Shown: positions 13,896-27,904, counted from the stretch's first letter. The stretch: DNA of 64,000 nt from Zootoca vivipara (GCF_963506605.1 NC_083280.1:8060001-8124000), one strand, 5' to 3'. Translations and numbers: made by a program. The notes: generated by a model not told the origin, from the letters alone.

Positions 13896-14256
13896 GAATC
13901 ATAGGACTCTAGAGTTCGAAGGGACACAAAAGGTCATCTAGCCCAGCCCCCTTCAATGCAGGAATCACAGCTAAAGCATCCCTGACAGGTGGCCATACAA
14001 CCTGTTTTAATAACTCCAATGAGGGCGAGCCCACCACCTTCCAAGGGAGTCCGTTCTACTGTTGAAAAGCTCTTACCATCAGAAAGTTCTTCCTAACGTT
14101 TCATGGGAATCCCCTTCCTTGTCATTTGAATCCATTGGTTTGGGTCCTACCCTCTGAATTAGCAGAAAACAAGCTTGGTCCCTCTTCCATCTGACAGCCC
14201 TTCAGATATTTGAAGGTGGCTATCGTATCAACACTCGGTTTTCTCTTCTCCAGGCT
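13896..14256 (-). mobile_element. CR1 LINE 3' fragment; others at about 32150-33000 (nested) and 63008-63378
   Basis: RT C-terminus (FLTVRAVRQWN.LP..VVESPSLEVFKQRLD) and (ATTCTATG)n tail. Confidence 0.85.
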
Positions 14257-14303
14257 ACCAAAGCCAAACAGTACTATCTAGGGCGGACCGTAGAGCAAAG
14301 CTA

Positions 14304-15774
14304 CCGTGTTTCCCCCTTTTTAAGCCGTAGTCATAATATAAGCCAGGGCAGGATTTTTAAACTTTGTAAAATTTAAGACATACCCCGAAAATAAGCCATA
14401 GGTCTACCTGCAGGGTCGGCGCCCAGCAGCGCCGCGCAGAATGCTGGATCGAGGAGCCGGTCTGCAGGGTCAGCGTCCAGCAGCGCCGTGCTGGATTGAG
14501 GAGGTGGTGTTCCGTGTGGCGCTGCTGGGCGCCGACCCTGCAGGCCACTTCCTCGATCCGGTGCTCAGCGCAGCGCTGATCGGCGCCGACCCGGCAAGCC
14601 GCCGGATCCACTCTGCTGTAAAAAGCACAATAGCAGTGGCGGCGGCAACAGCAGCAATTAAAGCAAAGCTGAAGAACCTGAGTGAAAACGAGGAAGAAAG
14701 TATTTAGACGAACTGGATGAAAAGAGAGCAAAAGCGGCCGCCGCCCACGCCATTTCCCCGCTTTGATTTTTTTCAAGGCGATCGAACGAAGCAATGCGGG
14801 AGCCTGATTGGCCTCGGATCGAGGCAGACCGCAGGGAAACCGCGGGGTGGGGGAGCCGGGAAGCGGCACTCAGCGTCCGGCTGCAACTGCACCTACAGAA
14901 GCGAGGTTTCTGCAAGGCATCCAACATGGAAGGGCGAGTAGGGAGGCTGGAGGAGATGGGGGCGAGGATCATGGCCCTGGTGCAGAGGTTCTGCCTAGCG
15001 CCGGGGCTCCTGAGAAGCCTTGCGAGGGAGGAAAGGAGGTGAAGCCGAAGCCACTTCCACGGCCTCCTCCTCCTCCCCCCGCCTCCTCCCCCCCCCTCCT
15101 CCTCCTCCTCCTCCCCCTTTGCCATCGCTGCCTCTTCTCCTCGCTGCAGCGTCTCCCGCTCCCGGGTCCCGCACACTGAAGCGCAGGCGGATGGAGGTTC
15201 ACTCTGCACAGGATTGGGCTGCCCTATTGCCTTTAACCCTCTTGCGGGGCTGGAGGGAGGAAGCAATGCACAAAAGGAGGCGCAGGCATTTGATCCGACT
15301 GTGCGCTTTGGTTTGGGGATCTGCCGTTTGGGTCAGTTAACTTTCGTCTCCTCGCTCGCGCACAGTGCCATCCTGCGCATTCAGTGGCGTGCTTTACCCC
15401 CAGGGGAAATGTGTGCGGCGGCGGCGGCAGCAGCAGCAGGATCGCAGCCGAAACTGGTCCCTGGCTGTCAGAGCTCCGCTGAACTCCACGGGGCTTTCTT
15501 CTGAGTTAGGAGCCATAGGATCGCGCTGCAAGTGGCTGGGACTCTGCAGCCTCCTCTGTTGTGCATTTAGAAGGAAACGCAGCAGCAGAAGCGGCACGTC
15601 TTTATTTTTGGGGGCCATCTGATCCGGGTGTTTTTTTAAAAAATAAATCGAATAAATGTAGATTGCTGTACCATACTTAATAAAAAAATAAGACATCCCC
15701 TGAAAATAAGCCATAGTGTGTTTTTTTAAGGAAAAATAAATATAAGACGGTGTCTTAAAAAGGGGGAAACACGG
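14304..15774. mobile_element. 1.47-kb non-autonomous pogo/Tigger-like DNA transposon with GC-rich interior
   Basis: TIR CCGTGTTTCCCCCTTTTTAAG at both ends, flanked by TA; no transposase ORF. Confidence 0.85.
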
Positions 15775-16512
15775 TAATCCGTCTGCTTGCCTCTCCAACT
15801 GCACCAGAGATGAATCCTGTGCCCCAGCACTGCCCTCTCCCTGCAGCCGGGACAAACAGCGACGGCAGATTTACTTCAGGAAATTGTCTTGGAGCATATC
15901 GTGCAGCAAAGGACGTGCCAGAGCATTTTGAGCTATTGCGGAAAGGAAATAATGTGACTGCGTCCAAAAGTACAGGCACTTCCCCAGTAAAGGGCGCCTG
16001 CAAGTGGGGTGTTTATGAGATCTGCTTTCCCAGCCTCCCTGTTATTTATGAATTTGTTTGCACCCCCCACTTTAAAAAAAGGTGGGGGGGACAGTACATG
16101 AGGCAACTTATGCAAAATATCATCAAAGAACAACACAATAATTTAATACAATCTGAAAAGAAAATAATCAACAAATAGACCAATAGATAAACAAGCTGAA
16201 GTGTGTGTGTGACTATCTACATTTTGCAGGACACTATAATTTCCTGTTTTGCAGCTGATGGGGGATTAGGTGAGGGCCTTGTCCAAAAAAGACATGCAAA
16301 TGACAGAACAGAATTGCAAGCCAGAGCCCCACTCTGAAATCCCAGCTCTCTGATCACTGCAGTTAGCCTTAGCATCATTCTTGTTATTAATAACCTGTCC
16401 TTCGCCAGAAGGTGTGACTATGGCACGTCACAGCAGTGCAAAACACAACATTAAAAACTGTTTAAAATCAATAGAAGAGGCCTGAGGCAAGGCACATACC
16501 TTGAAGTGATTA

Positions 16513-16564
<52 letters not shown>

Positions 16565-17282
16565 CAGAAAGAAAAAGAAAGCAGTTTTCTACATTACATT
16601 AAAAATGAGTGACTAAATGCACTTTTGAGCCTCTCTCAGGGAGTAATGAAGGTGGGAGGTCTGGGATGAGCAATTCCTGGTCTTCCCTCCCCCTGCCCCA
16701 AACAGGGTAAACGCAGCTGTGTGTATGCAAGGAGGGGAGATGGTTTGTTTCAAATGTATCTACCTTTAATTTCTTTTTTTTCTTTTGGAAAAAACCCACA
16801 GGAGATAATCTGGTCATGGCTCTCCTGTGGACTCACCTAGTTTGGAACTCACTCAGTATTTGTGTGCCTGCGTAACTGTTGTCCTACAGAAGAGAACAGA
16901 GTTTCCTGAACTTCCAGTTCCCAAAGCAGACCTTAGATTTTATTTACGGTATTTATTTTTTAAGGTGTTTTAAAGTGAGAACTGGAAGCACAGATTGTCA
17001 CCCTACGAAAAAAAAGGAGGGGCGGGGAGGCTAACTCGGACAAAAGCATGAAAAAGCTAGTTGTTCTCAAAGGAGACCACCTTCTGCTTTTCTGTGTTCC
17101 TGACTGGAAAGAGGCAAGCTCAACACAGGGTATCATGCAATGGCTTTGGCTGCTTCCGGGACATGACTCTGCTTCGAGGGTAAATAGTGGCGGAAGTGGC
17201 TGGTTCTTGCTGGGAGGATGGCAAGGAGGCCAACAGCAGGTGGCGCCAGAGCCAGTGAGAGGCAGAACCAACTACCGTAATA

Positions 17283-18296
17283 TAGTTGTACCTCAGGTTA
17301 CAAACACTTCGGGTTACAGACTCCGCTAACCCAGAAATAGTACCTCGGGTTAAGAACTTTACCTCACTTCTGTATGCCACAACAGCAGCAAGATTATTAA
17401 TTGCCAAGAATTGGAAGACAGAAGAAATACCAACTATAGATGAATGGCAAATGAAGATGATGGACTTTATGGAACTCGCCGAACTGACTGGGAGAATCCC
17501 CGACCAGAAAGAAGAGAAGGTGGAAGAAGATTGGAAGAAGTTTAAAGCATATTTGAAAAAAATATTGTAATATTTAATATTTTGAAACTCTTAAGGAAGT
17601 TGATATAGGCTATCGGAGTAGAAAAAGGAGTTATATGTTGTATTTTAATCTAAGTTTAAGATTTATGATGAGAATTTTTTAATATAGTTAATAAGTTGAT
17701 GTAGATATATTTTGGATTTTAGAAACTGCTAAAGAGGATTAGAAGTGGAATTCAGATGGGGGCACTTGGGGAAGTCACCTAACAAAGTTAAGAAAAAGTA
17801 GAAAATAATAAGAATTATTGTGTGTTGTTTGTTGTTTTCTTTGTTTTTTGTTTGTTTGTTCTTATAAAATGAATAAAAATTATTTATATATATCAGGCAT
17901 GTCCAACAGGTAGATCATGATCTACCAGTAGATCGCTGGATGTCTGTGGTAGATCACTGGTAGATCATTGGGTCCCCCCAAAGAAGCTGTGGCTCTGCTA
18001 AAAAAAGCTCAACATTTTACCTCCTCCCTGAAAAGACTCAACAACTTTGACCTGAACTCCAAAAAAAGGGGGTAGATCACTAACTCTGTGAGTAGATCGC
18101 AGTCTCTTGGGAGTTGGCCACCCCTGATATATATATAAAAAGAACTTTGCCCCAGGATGAGAACAGAAATCACGTCGTGGCGTCGTGGCAGCAGCGGGAG
18201 GCCCCATTAGCTAAAGTGGTACCTCAGGTTAAGAACGGTTTCAGGTTAAGAACAGACCTCTGGAACGAATTAAGTTCATAACCAGAGGTACCACTG
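17283..18296. mobile_element. Nested insertion: pogo MITE containing an L1 3' end (17367-18139) containing a hAT MITE (17894-18126)
   Basis: L1 ORF2 C-terminus; TSD AAGAACTTT(A/G)CC(T/C)CA at 17352 and 18140; 8-bp ATATATAT TSD around the hAT MITE. Confidence 0.8.
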
Positions 18297-18813
18297 TACC
18301 AAGTTTCCTCCCTGCTAAAAGGGCAAAAGTGAGACTTAAGGAGGAGGAATCAGAGAGACAGTGCTATGCCTTGGATGCATTGCAAGCAGTGATGTTGTGG
18401 TCCAGGGAGTAGGGGAAACCCTTATTGGGATGTTTTTAATGTTTGATGTTTCAATATTTTTTATATGTACTGTAAGCTGCCCAGAGTGGCTGGGGAAACC
18501 CAGCCAGATGGGCAGGGTATAAATAATAAAATTATTATTATCATCATCATAGGTGGAGGATTTGGGGGGGAGGTGAGTTTGTGCTGAAACCAGCCTATAG
18601 CACAAAGGGAAAAGTCCCCATTATAGCTCCGCCCATCTCTGGCCCCTGGCCCCGCCCACTGGTACTCTGCAACCCTCCGAAAGGTTGCTCAAAAGGGAAT
18701 GTGGCCCCCGTGCTGGAAAAGGTTCCCCAATCCTGCTCTTGGGTTCTGCAGCAACCCCCTCCCACATCTGGAATAAAACTAGGGAGGGAAAAGAATCAGA
18801 AATAACCACTTAC

Positions 18814-18917
18814 GGGCTCGCAGGAGCAGACCACGCAGTGCATGATGCCAAAAGGCTCGCCCAAGTCAGGATGCCAAGTGTCCTCCAGGGCATAGGATCT
18901 GCCACCGAAAGAGCAGC
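18814..18917 (-). CDS. CHRD: Chordin coding exon 2 (start of VWC/CR1 domain)
   Basis: tttcttttag|(G)[34 protein letters not shown]|gtaagt; 104 nt; phase matches exon 1. Confidence 0.97.
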
Positions 18918-21900
18918 CTAAAAGAAATGGGGGGGGGGGGAGAGGAAGAGTTTTGAATGTTCCTGAAAGCCTCATATGAAGTTGCCTCTATTTAAAAAAA
19001 AAACCTATTTATTGATTTTGCACCAAAAAAACACAAAAAAAACACTTTACAGATTTTGGCATAGACCATAAATAATTTTATCCATTGACTTACCGTACCC
19101 CATTTCCATGGTTACCATATTTACCCTTAAATGATGCATATTTCACTTATAATATTCAATACATCCATTCTAACCTATTTATCTTAATAAATAACGCTGA
19201 TGCTCCTATTTCAAGTTCTGTTGTCTCTAATCTTTGCTGTTAATCTTGCCAGTTCCACATAACTCCGCCATTTTCAAAAGCCTTATCCCAGAGGCAGGCC
19301 ACTGGGCCACTTAGCTGAGCACTGACTGGCAGCAGCTATCTGAATCCAGCCCCAAATCTGCTGCTTCTGATCCTTTTAACTGGAGGTCCTTGCAGTGGGC
19401 CCTTGCAAGCCTCCTGCCTTCACCCCTTTAAGCCACCCAGCATCATAAATGGCCTAGGACCACAATACCTCAAGGAACACCTCTCTCTATATGAACCAAC
19501 CTGGACCCTGACATCAACCTCTGAGGCCCTTCTTCACCTCAGGTCTGCAGGAAATGTACGGTCTTCCAGCTGCCTGCACCCCCTCCTCCAAATATATTCA
19601 GTTCCCTAAAAGCACAGGGTGTCTGCTGACACACCCAGGTCCACCCAGCAACCTGCAGTGCTTGCCCTGCCCTCAAGGCTTCCTTTCTTAGAATCAAAGA
19701 ACTGTCAAATTGGAAGGGACCCCATGGATCATCTAGTCCAACCCCCTGCAATGCAGGAGTACGCAGCTGTCCCATAAGGGGATCGAACCTGCAATCTTGG
19801 CGAGCACCATGCTCTAACCAACTGAGCTGTCCAGTTCAATTAGGACTCAACAGACTTTATAACCTTCAAACTTCTTCTCAGCGCCAAAAAAAGCAGCGAT
19901 GAAGGAAAGAGCAACTGCGGGAATTCCAATTCATCAGTTGGGAAAATAAAAATGCGGCTGCCTTCTACGATTGGTTTGAAGACTTATACAAACTCGCAAC
20001 ATATGAACAACTTGCATATAAACGCAGATTTGCCATGGTCAAATTCAATGATACAGTATTTGGAATCCATTCTTGCAAATACTGTAATATTTTAAGATCT
20101 GGTGAAGTACAATAACAACCTTGTCAAATATACAGTTTTGTGGGTTTTCCCTCTCCCCCCTTTATTTCCCCTTCTACACGGGTTCTGTTCCTCCTATTTC
20201 TTTTCCTCTCTTTTAATTAAATCTCAAAATGTTTAGTGCACATACAATTATGTACTTTTTGAACTTATAATAAAGATGTTTAAAATTGAACAAATAAAAG
20301 AGCAACAGCAGGCAGGGACAGGGGTACACTTACCCCATTACTGATCAGACACCCCCAATTTGGAATCAGGATGGAACCAGAGCTTCCAGTTGTAAAGCGT
20401 GTGTTTAATAATGAGCGGACTTAACAATGGATTCCTATGCGTGTTTAACTCAGAAATAAGTTCACCAATTCTCAATGGGGTTCACCATTTCCAGGTACTG
20501 TACAGGATTTCAGCCCTAGGCCCAAGCATCACCTCTTTCCCAAACATTCTCTATCTCGCATCTCAAGGACATAGTTCCCAATCCACTCTCTTAATTCCTC
20601 CCTCCATGTGCCCTAACCCAGCCTATGTAGACCTGCTGCATGGGCGTGTAGACAGTGGGTTTTTTTTGGGGGGGGTGTGCAGGAGCAAGCATATCCCTAA
20701 ACATTTTGTGAATCTAAGTTTGGCCTCATTGAGGGGCAGTATTTCAATATGAGTAGGAAAATGAGAGTACCCCTAAACATTTTTTTAGGAAAAAAAAGCA
20801 CTGGGCGTATATGATGGGGGCAGGGGGGCAGCTCCCCCATCAAATAGAACAATAAGAATAACTAGCTGACGAATCACATCAGTTCTGTCCCCCCAAAAGT
20901 CCTGCCCCCCCCAACAAAAATCCTGGCAACGCCTAATAATTTTTATACCTACTATGTAAATGTTGACTGGATGCTCTCTAATAGGACCATTAAAGACAGT
21001 GTGGTGTAGTGATTAAAGTGCTGTGACTCACACCTGGGGGGCTAGGGTTCAAATCCCCGCTTGGCCATGGAGCTCACTGGGTGACTTTGGACCAATTACT
21101 GCCTCTCAGCCTCTCCTGCCTCACAGGGTTGTTGTGAGGATGAACAATTATAATACTAAGAAACAACAAGGCAGGTCCCTGCCTCAAGAAACATACAAAT
21201 CTAAATAAACAAGATAAATAAATAAATTTCCAAGGCGGGAGAGGAATGGAACAAGAAGAGGTACATGAATAAATAAAGTGATTAATTTGGATGTTGATAT
21301 ATTTCATGTCGACGTGGGTTTTTTTTTAATTGGTATTTTTAATGAATAATTTTAATGGACAGGCTTTTGTTGATTAAGTGATATATAAATCTTGCTCAAT
21401 AAAATAAATATGCATTTCAGTTAGAATCCTAGAATTGTAGAGTTGGAAGGGACCCCCGAGCGTCATCTAGTCCATCCGCCTGCAATGCAGGAATCTTTCT
21501 GCCAAATGTGAGGCTCAAACCGGACCCTGAGATTAAGAGTTTCACACTCCACCGACTGTTACAACCGCTTAGGGCTGCTTTGCAATAGTTGAGCTGGTGA
21601 TCCCTCCCCAATTCCTTTCCTCCACATTCCTTCCCACCCTGATTAAAGATAAAATAAAGTCTTTGGTCAGGGAACCCATTTTCCCAACCACTGATCCATC
21701 AGGACTGCTGCATAATCTTAGGGACACCTAATGTGCATCGCCAGTTCTTCACCTGTTGCAGGACCTTAAAGGTGAAAGTCCTGTGACTTGTGCGTGTTGA
21801 GCCGTGATACCTGTTGAGCCGCGCCTCGACCCGCTCGACATTCCTGCAACCTCACAGCAGCACCCAGGACTGCACATCTAGACACTGAACGTGTGTGGGT

Positions 21901-21979
21901 GTCTTGCGTGGAATAGCTCTGGGCAAAGCCTTGGGGGTGGGGGTCGCCTTGCAAGAAACTTTTCTTCCTACCGAGATTC

Positions 21980-23330
21980 GTGCCATCTGCTGCGTTTGGT
22001 GCCTCCCGTTGCACGCTGGCCCCTTACACACACACACACACACACACACGACGAGTCACCCTCTCAACAGGCATCCCTGTACCCACAACCAGTCCATTTC
22101 CCGCCTGTCCCTCTTGGAAGCGCGCTCCTCGCCCGTCGGTAACCCGCCCGCGTTCGTCCCAGCGGCCCGGGAGGCTTCCTAAACGCCCGCGTCCCCGCCG
22201 GCCTCGACGTGGTTGCCGCCCGGCCAAGAGGTGCGGGCACAGGATCTTCGAAATCGGTCCATGGAAGCAAATGGGAGCGAGGCTCGCCTTCCGCTGCCCG
22301 GGCAGCTGTGCCAACCAAGCAAGGGAGACGGGGCTGGGTGCACCCTTCCGAGGGGTGGCCCATCTCCTGCAAAGAAGCCTCCGCCACCCGCGCGTCCCAG
22401 GAAGGAGGAGGAGGGTCCTACCTACCTGCCGCCCCCTTGGAGGGCAGAGGGTCCGCCGATTCGGGCTGGATGGGCAAGAGGGGCTTGGGCGGGCGCGGGG
22501 CTGAGCCGTGGCCCGGCCACACGAGGGCGAGCGGCGGCAGGAGCAGCAGCGCCGCGCCCAGGAGGGTCATTGCGGCGAGGCAAGCGCGGGATCCCGGAGC
22601 GAGTCACCGTCCCGTCTGGCCCCGACGGACTTTATAGGCGCCGGCGTGGACCAAGCGGCGCGGAGGGGGCATCTCCTCGAGCAAACAAAGGCGGCGGCAC
22701 ATCGCGGCCCCGGCGGGGGGCCCGCTCAGCACCGCCGCGGGGGGGTGGGGGTGGGGAGAGGGGGGGAAGGATCGGGGAGGCGGAGGCGACGGATTGGGCC
22801 CCCTCCCACCGCCTCCGCCTCTCGTCCTAGCCCTCCGCGCAGTCCTGGACGGGACGTCCTCTCGTCGGCACGGGAGGGAGGCTGCCTGGCCCGCCGCCGC
22901 TGTCGCCGCTCCGGTCCCTCCCGGGCTCCGCTGCTGCGGGAGGACGAGGGCGCCGCCGCGGGGCAGGCCGGACCCGGGCAGGGATAGGCAGGGCGCCCGA
23001 CGGCGCGGGAGGAGAAACGCGGCGGCGAGGAAAGGAAACGGGCGGGACGCGGAGAGGAAAAGCTCCGCCCGCGCTGCTGGGCGGAGGCGGGGGAGCCACC
23101 GCGCGGCGCCCACGGTGCTGGATCCACCGCGCCCGCACCTGGGCTTGCCCGCCTTCCCTGCACCCATCCACGGTGAACGGATCTCCCCTGTAAAAGTTCC
23201 TGGTGAGGGGGCTGGCCAACTACAAGCTCCCTCACAAATCCTGAAAATCTTTTCCCGTGGGTCCCCCGAGTCACCCACCGGCCGCCGACGATTTCCTTGT
23301 CACAGGGGCCCCCATGCGCCCCCAGCACGT
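21980..23330. promoter_or_regulatory. CHRD CpG island promoter with TATAAA (22631-22636, minus) and CCAAT (22793-22797, minus)
   Basis: Very GC/CpG-rich; TATAAA about 60 nt upstream of the CHRD ATG in the correct orientation. Confidence 0.8.
22426..22570 (-). CDS. CHRD: Chordin coding exon 1 (signal peptide)
   Basis: MTLLGAALLLLPPLALVWPGHGSAPRPPKPLLPIQPESADPLPSKGAA + G|GTAGG donor (145 nt, phase 1); hydrophobic leader and chordin-type PxLPIQ motif; inside a CpG island. Confidence 0.9.
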
Positions 23331-26300
23331 CCCATTCAGATGTGTCCTCTACCCGCGCCTATTCACACCCGAAAATTGTGCCTGCTTCCATAGGACGGCA
23401 TACAGTATTACCGGTATTATAAACGCTCAGGATGCTAAAAGACACCCAGGAGGGCTTCCCCACCAACAATTCCCAACCAAGCCACACTAGAAAGCCCTTA
23501 CTCCCACCGTCTAGTCCTCTTCTGAAATCTGTATTTTGAACTCTGAATATCGCTCCACTCCATAGCAGGCTACCCTTCATTACCACAATCTGCCCAGAAA
23601 GGCTTTGAAACATGAAGGACAGCCCTGCAGGATCAGGCCCATCTCATCCAGTATCCTTTTCTCACCTTGATCAGCTCCCCTCCTGCCCTTTCCACTTTGC
23701 TGCCCCCAAACAGTGGCCTCATGCCACCAACCTGCCTTCTGCTGCATAGGCATGAGGTTATGCTGCGATTCCCAAAATGCTCACACTCAGACATGAAATG
23801 TCCCTCATGTCTTGCGCCCGAAGACTCACACTCCCTTCCTCTCCCAGAAAATCATCACTCAGCAGTCCTTCCCAAAGGGGTCCCCTGCTTCAGCTCCCTG
23901 AAACCTAGGATGGGGCCCTTGAGATGTCAGACTTGAGGTGTCCCTGCAGCTGGCTGCATAGATCTACTCCTGCATCTCATTGGAAGAAACTGGATAAATC
24001 GTCCAGCAGGGGGCGAGTGGAGCTCTCCGTGACTGATCACCTGTGAGGAGAAGGTTTTGGATGAGGAAAGAGGCCAGAATTAAATGATGGAAGTTTGCCA
24101 TAAGAGTGTCTCTGAACTGAAAATGACACGAGGCACACATGTTAAAGTTAATATGATTTGAAGCTTTGGGATTTTGGGGCGCAGGGGAGAAAAGGACTCT
24201 GGCTCTGGTAGAAGCCCGTGTTTTGCATACAAAAGATCCCAGGTTGAATTCCTGACATCTGGGAACAACTTCTGCTCCTGCCCTTGAAGAATTGTGGCGA
24301 GTCAAGTCAAAGGCTAGGCAGACAAACTGCCCAAAATCTCAGAGCTACCCCCCCCCACCCAGGTGGCATATGATGCAACTCTGAGCTAGATGCCCAAACA
24401 TTGAGCAGGCCCATGTGACACACATACAGTATTTGCATTCAAATTGCATACATTCATTCACTGATATCACAGCCATCGGTGATTGGTGGTGCTGTGCTTG
24501 CCTCTGCCTACTGCAGCTTCCACCGGCAGGCCGGAAGCATAGGAAATTGATCAGCATTCTGGCACAAATTCTTCCTAACACACATGTTTGTATGCAGCTT
24601 TATTATTAATTAATTAAATACATTTGTAATTATCCGAAGATCCCAGGGCGGTTTACAACAGAAAAAATATTCACTTTTTTTTTTTGCAAAGCAATTTCCC
24701 CTGATGTAATGCATTTGTGTGTGTTATGTTCACGAATATGTGCATTTTTCTATTTACCAGGGAATATGCACTTTTGCACACGTTGCTTGGCTGGAGGCAT
24801 TGCCTTGCAAAATTTGGGGAAAGTGCAAATTGCGTAGCGTAGCTGTGTTTCAGTTTCTGCGTTGCTTCGGGATGTGTGAGGCAGGTTAGGTTCGCCTTTC
24901 TGTGTGAGCTATTTTGCCTTCCTCTCCCATCCCAACGCAACAACCCCACTGTATCATATGCAGGTTGTACCGAGGCTTAGAAAAAAATCATTTTAAGGGT
25001 AGGGAGATAGAGAGGAGATAGAGAGAGAGAGAGAGAGAGGCCCACAAGGAGTGTCCCACTCCCACCATCCTCTCTGTAGGAAAAAACAGGCAGCCTACCG
25101 AAGCCTCAAAACCAGCAGATGCTTTGGAAGCTGCAGCCTTGGTGAGTCACGGGGGGGGGGGGGGACACAACAGAGCCATCCTCCTCTGCTGCAAATCCAT
25201 GTGGCAAGGAATCAAACCTCTTTTTTTCAACATTTCTCCCTCCCCTAGAACCAAGTAACTAGGCTGAACGCACTGAGGCCTGCTCCCTTGAGAGACAATT
25301 TCAGTAAAACAGGGAGAGAGAGAGAAAGATCTAATAATTCACATTAGACATGGGAATTTTGGATTCTATGGCAATATTTGCACATCTGAAGCCCAGTCGC
25401 AAGGTAACCGAAGGGAGGTGCGGGAGTGGAAGTGGGGAAGAGAGGCACAAGGCTGAGCCGAGGATGATGGTGCAGGAGGGAACCAGCTGTGTTTTGTCTG
25501 AAACACATGGACTTAATATTATTTCCCTCATATTCAGCATGATTGAGCTATGCCCCGGGATCGCCTGTAGGAACTTCCTGTGAAGTAACATGGTGGGCTG
25601 AGGAGGGAGGGAGGGAGGCATTTGCCAGGTGTTCAGGAGCAAAAGACTTTGGGGAGAGGATGACAGGCTATTTGTTTTATTTCTTTTTTTGGGGGGGGGT
25701 CCTTCTTAATTATAGAAAACACACCCTCACTCAAACCTCGAAAGTAATAAAAAATACCTACGGGTTTTAAAAAACACCCAATAAAAATATCCAGCTTGTT
25801 TTCTGCCAACAAATGCAAATATCATCACTTCTGGGATGTATGGGGTGTTAGGGGAGGGCTAGTACCTCGGGGGGGGCGCTCCACGTTCCTTCTGGGGTAG
25901 TTTCTCCACCTTTGGTCCCCACCCTGCTCTCAGCTCTCACCTGCGACCCCTAGAAGCTGACAGCATGCGACAGTGACTACACTTCAATTATGTGGGGTGG
26001 GGCTTAGCTGCGCCCCCCTAATATTTTATTCAAGTTGGCATCCCTGAAGGGGAGGTAAAATAGTACTGATAGGTAAAAAACTAGCACCGTGGCCCATCTC
26101 AGGCCAACTTCCAGGACAATATTATTCGTATTTATTGCATGTCCCAATTTGCTCAGCAGAATTTGCTCCCATGCAATTGCACAGAGGTCTGCAGCTTTAA
26201 AGGGTCGTTTTTCCATGCTGAACTGACGTTTGGCTAGGTCCTGAGAATTCTCTGCTACGTTAGAGAGCCTTTCCTACCAAAAGAAAACAGCTGTTTTAGC

Positions 26301-27492
26301 AACCTGTTTTAGCCCTCTGATGCAACAGGGTAGGAATTTTAAGCAAGCCTGCTGGCTTCGCTGACTTCACTCTTGTTTCCCTTTGTGAAGAATATATGTA
26401 TCATCGTCGAAAGTGAGATTGCTCGGAGTTTATTTGTTGAGTCAGATGTTTTGATTCTGTCTACTTAATTTAACATGGCAACCTCCTCTGGGCAGGGACA
26501 GAATGAATGGTTTATGTTTTATGGCACTTCGAGAGCAACTAACCATCACTTGCAGTGCTGTTAAAATTCCTGCAGAAACACATCTGCATGGAAACCGTCT
26601 ACAGATAGATCTCCATGCAAGGTTAACAAGTACAGATGGATGGTCAGTCCATGCGCTCGAGCTAGGAAGCAACAATGGCCCACTGCTTCCTAGTGTTGGA
26701 TCATCACATGCACAAGTCATGAAATATATGCACTAATTACTGCATAGTGAATTCTGATTTTACATTTTCACCCGACTTTCATTTTCATTACATTGAGTTA
26801 CTCATACACCACTTAGAGGCGGTTGTAATTAAGTAGTAGATAAACTTTTGAAATAAATTTACTGATTATTTATCTTATTTCACAAACTTTATATACTGCC
26901 TGATTGTAAAAGAACAAACAAACAAACCTGGGAGTGGCCGCTGAGATCACATAACTCCGGTCCTTAAAGACCTACATTGGCTCCCAGTACGTTTCCGAGC
27001 ACAATTCAAAGTGTTGGTGCTGACCTTTAAAGCCCTAAACGTCCTTGGCCCAGTATACCTGAAGGAGCGTCTCCACCTCCATTGTTCAGCCCGGACACTT
27101 CCCTCCCTGTGAGAAGTGAGGTTACAGGGAACCAGGCAGAGGGCCTTCTCGGTGGTGGCTGTGGAACGCCCTCCCATTGGATGTCAAGGAAATAAACAAC
27201 TATCTGACTTTTAGAAGATATATGAAGGCAGCCCTGTTTAGGGAAGTTTTTAATGTTTGACGTTTTATCGTGTTTTTAATTTTCTGTTGGGAGCCGCCCA
27301 GAGTGGCTGAGAAAACCCATCCAGATGGATGGATGGGGTATAAATAATAAATTATTTTTATTGTTATTATGCAAAAAAACAAAGCAGTGACATTATCAGT
27401 AAAAACCATTAAAAGCAACTGTTTAGAACTCTTGAAAATATTGCTTGCATGCATATCCCAGGTTTCCTGAAGTAAACAGTACATAAACAGTT

Positions 27493-27734
27493 ACAGGTAG
27501 GTAGCCGTGTTGGTCTGAGTCGAAGCAAAATAAAAAAATTCCTTCAGTAGCACCTTAAAGACCAACTAAGTTTATATTTTGGTATGAGCTTTCGTGTGCA
27601 TGCACACTTCTTCAGATACACGTGTATCTGAAGAAGTGTGCATGTATCTGTGCGTGTGCGTGTGCATGTATCTGTGTGTGTATCTGAAGAAGTGTGCATG
27701 CACACGAAAGCTCATACCAAAATATAAACTTAGT
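27493..27734. mobile_element. Penelope-like element ends in inverted arrangement with minimal hammerhead motifs; other copies near 31112, 34190, 42880, 2850
   Basis: 57-bp perfect inverted arms (27565-27621 and 27678-27734) containing CTGAAGA-stem-GAAAGCTC. Confidence 0.8.
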
Positions 27735-27904
27735 ACATAAACAGATACATAAGAGTAGACAATGCATATATTTGTATACAAATGTGTATGTATTGCTATA
27801 AAATTATGCTGCATAAATATAGTACAGCATGGGATTATATGCATATAGCGGCTTTCGTGTGTATAAAATTTTGTGTATGATTTTGCATATAATTAATTGT
27901 ACAT

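Noticed and set aside
21980-23393. Many long overlapping GC-rich ORFs
   Set aside because: Low stop-codon frequency in the CHRD CpG island; only the 145-nt exon has protein similarity and a splice donor.
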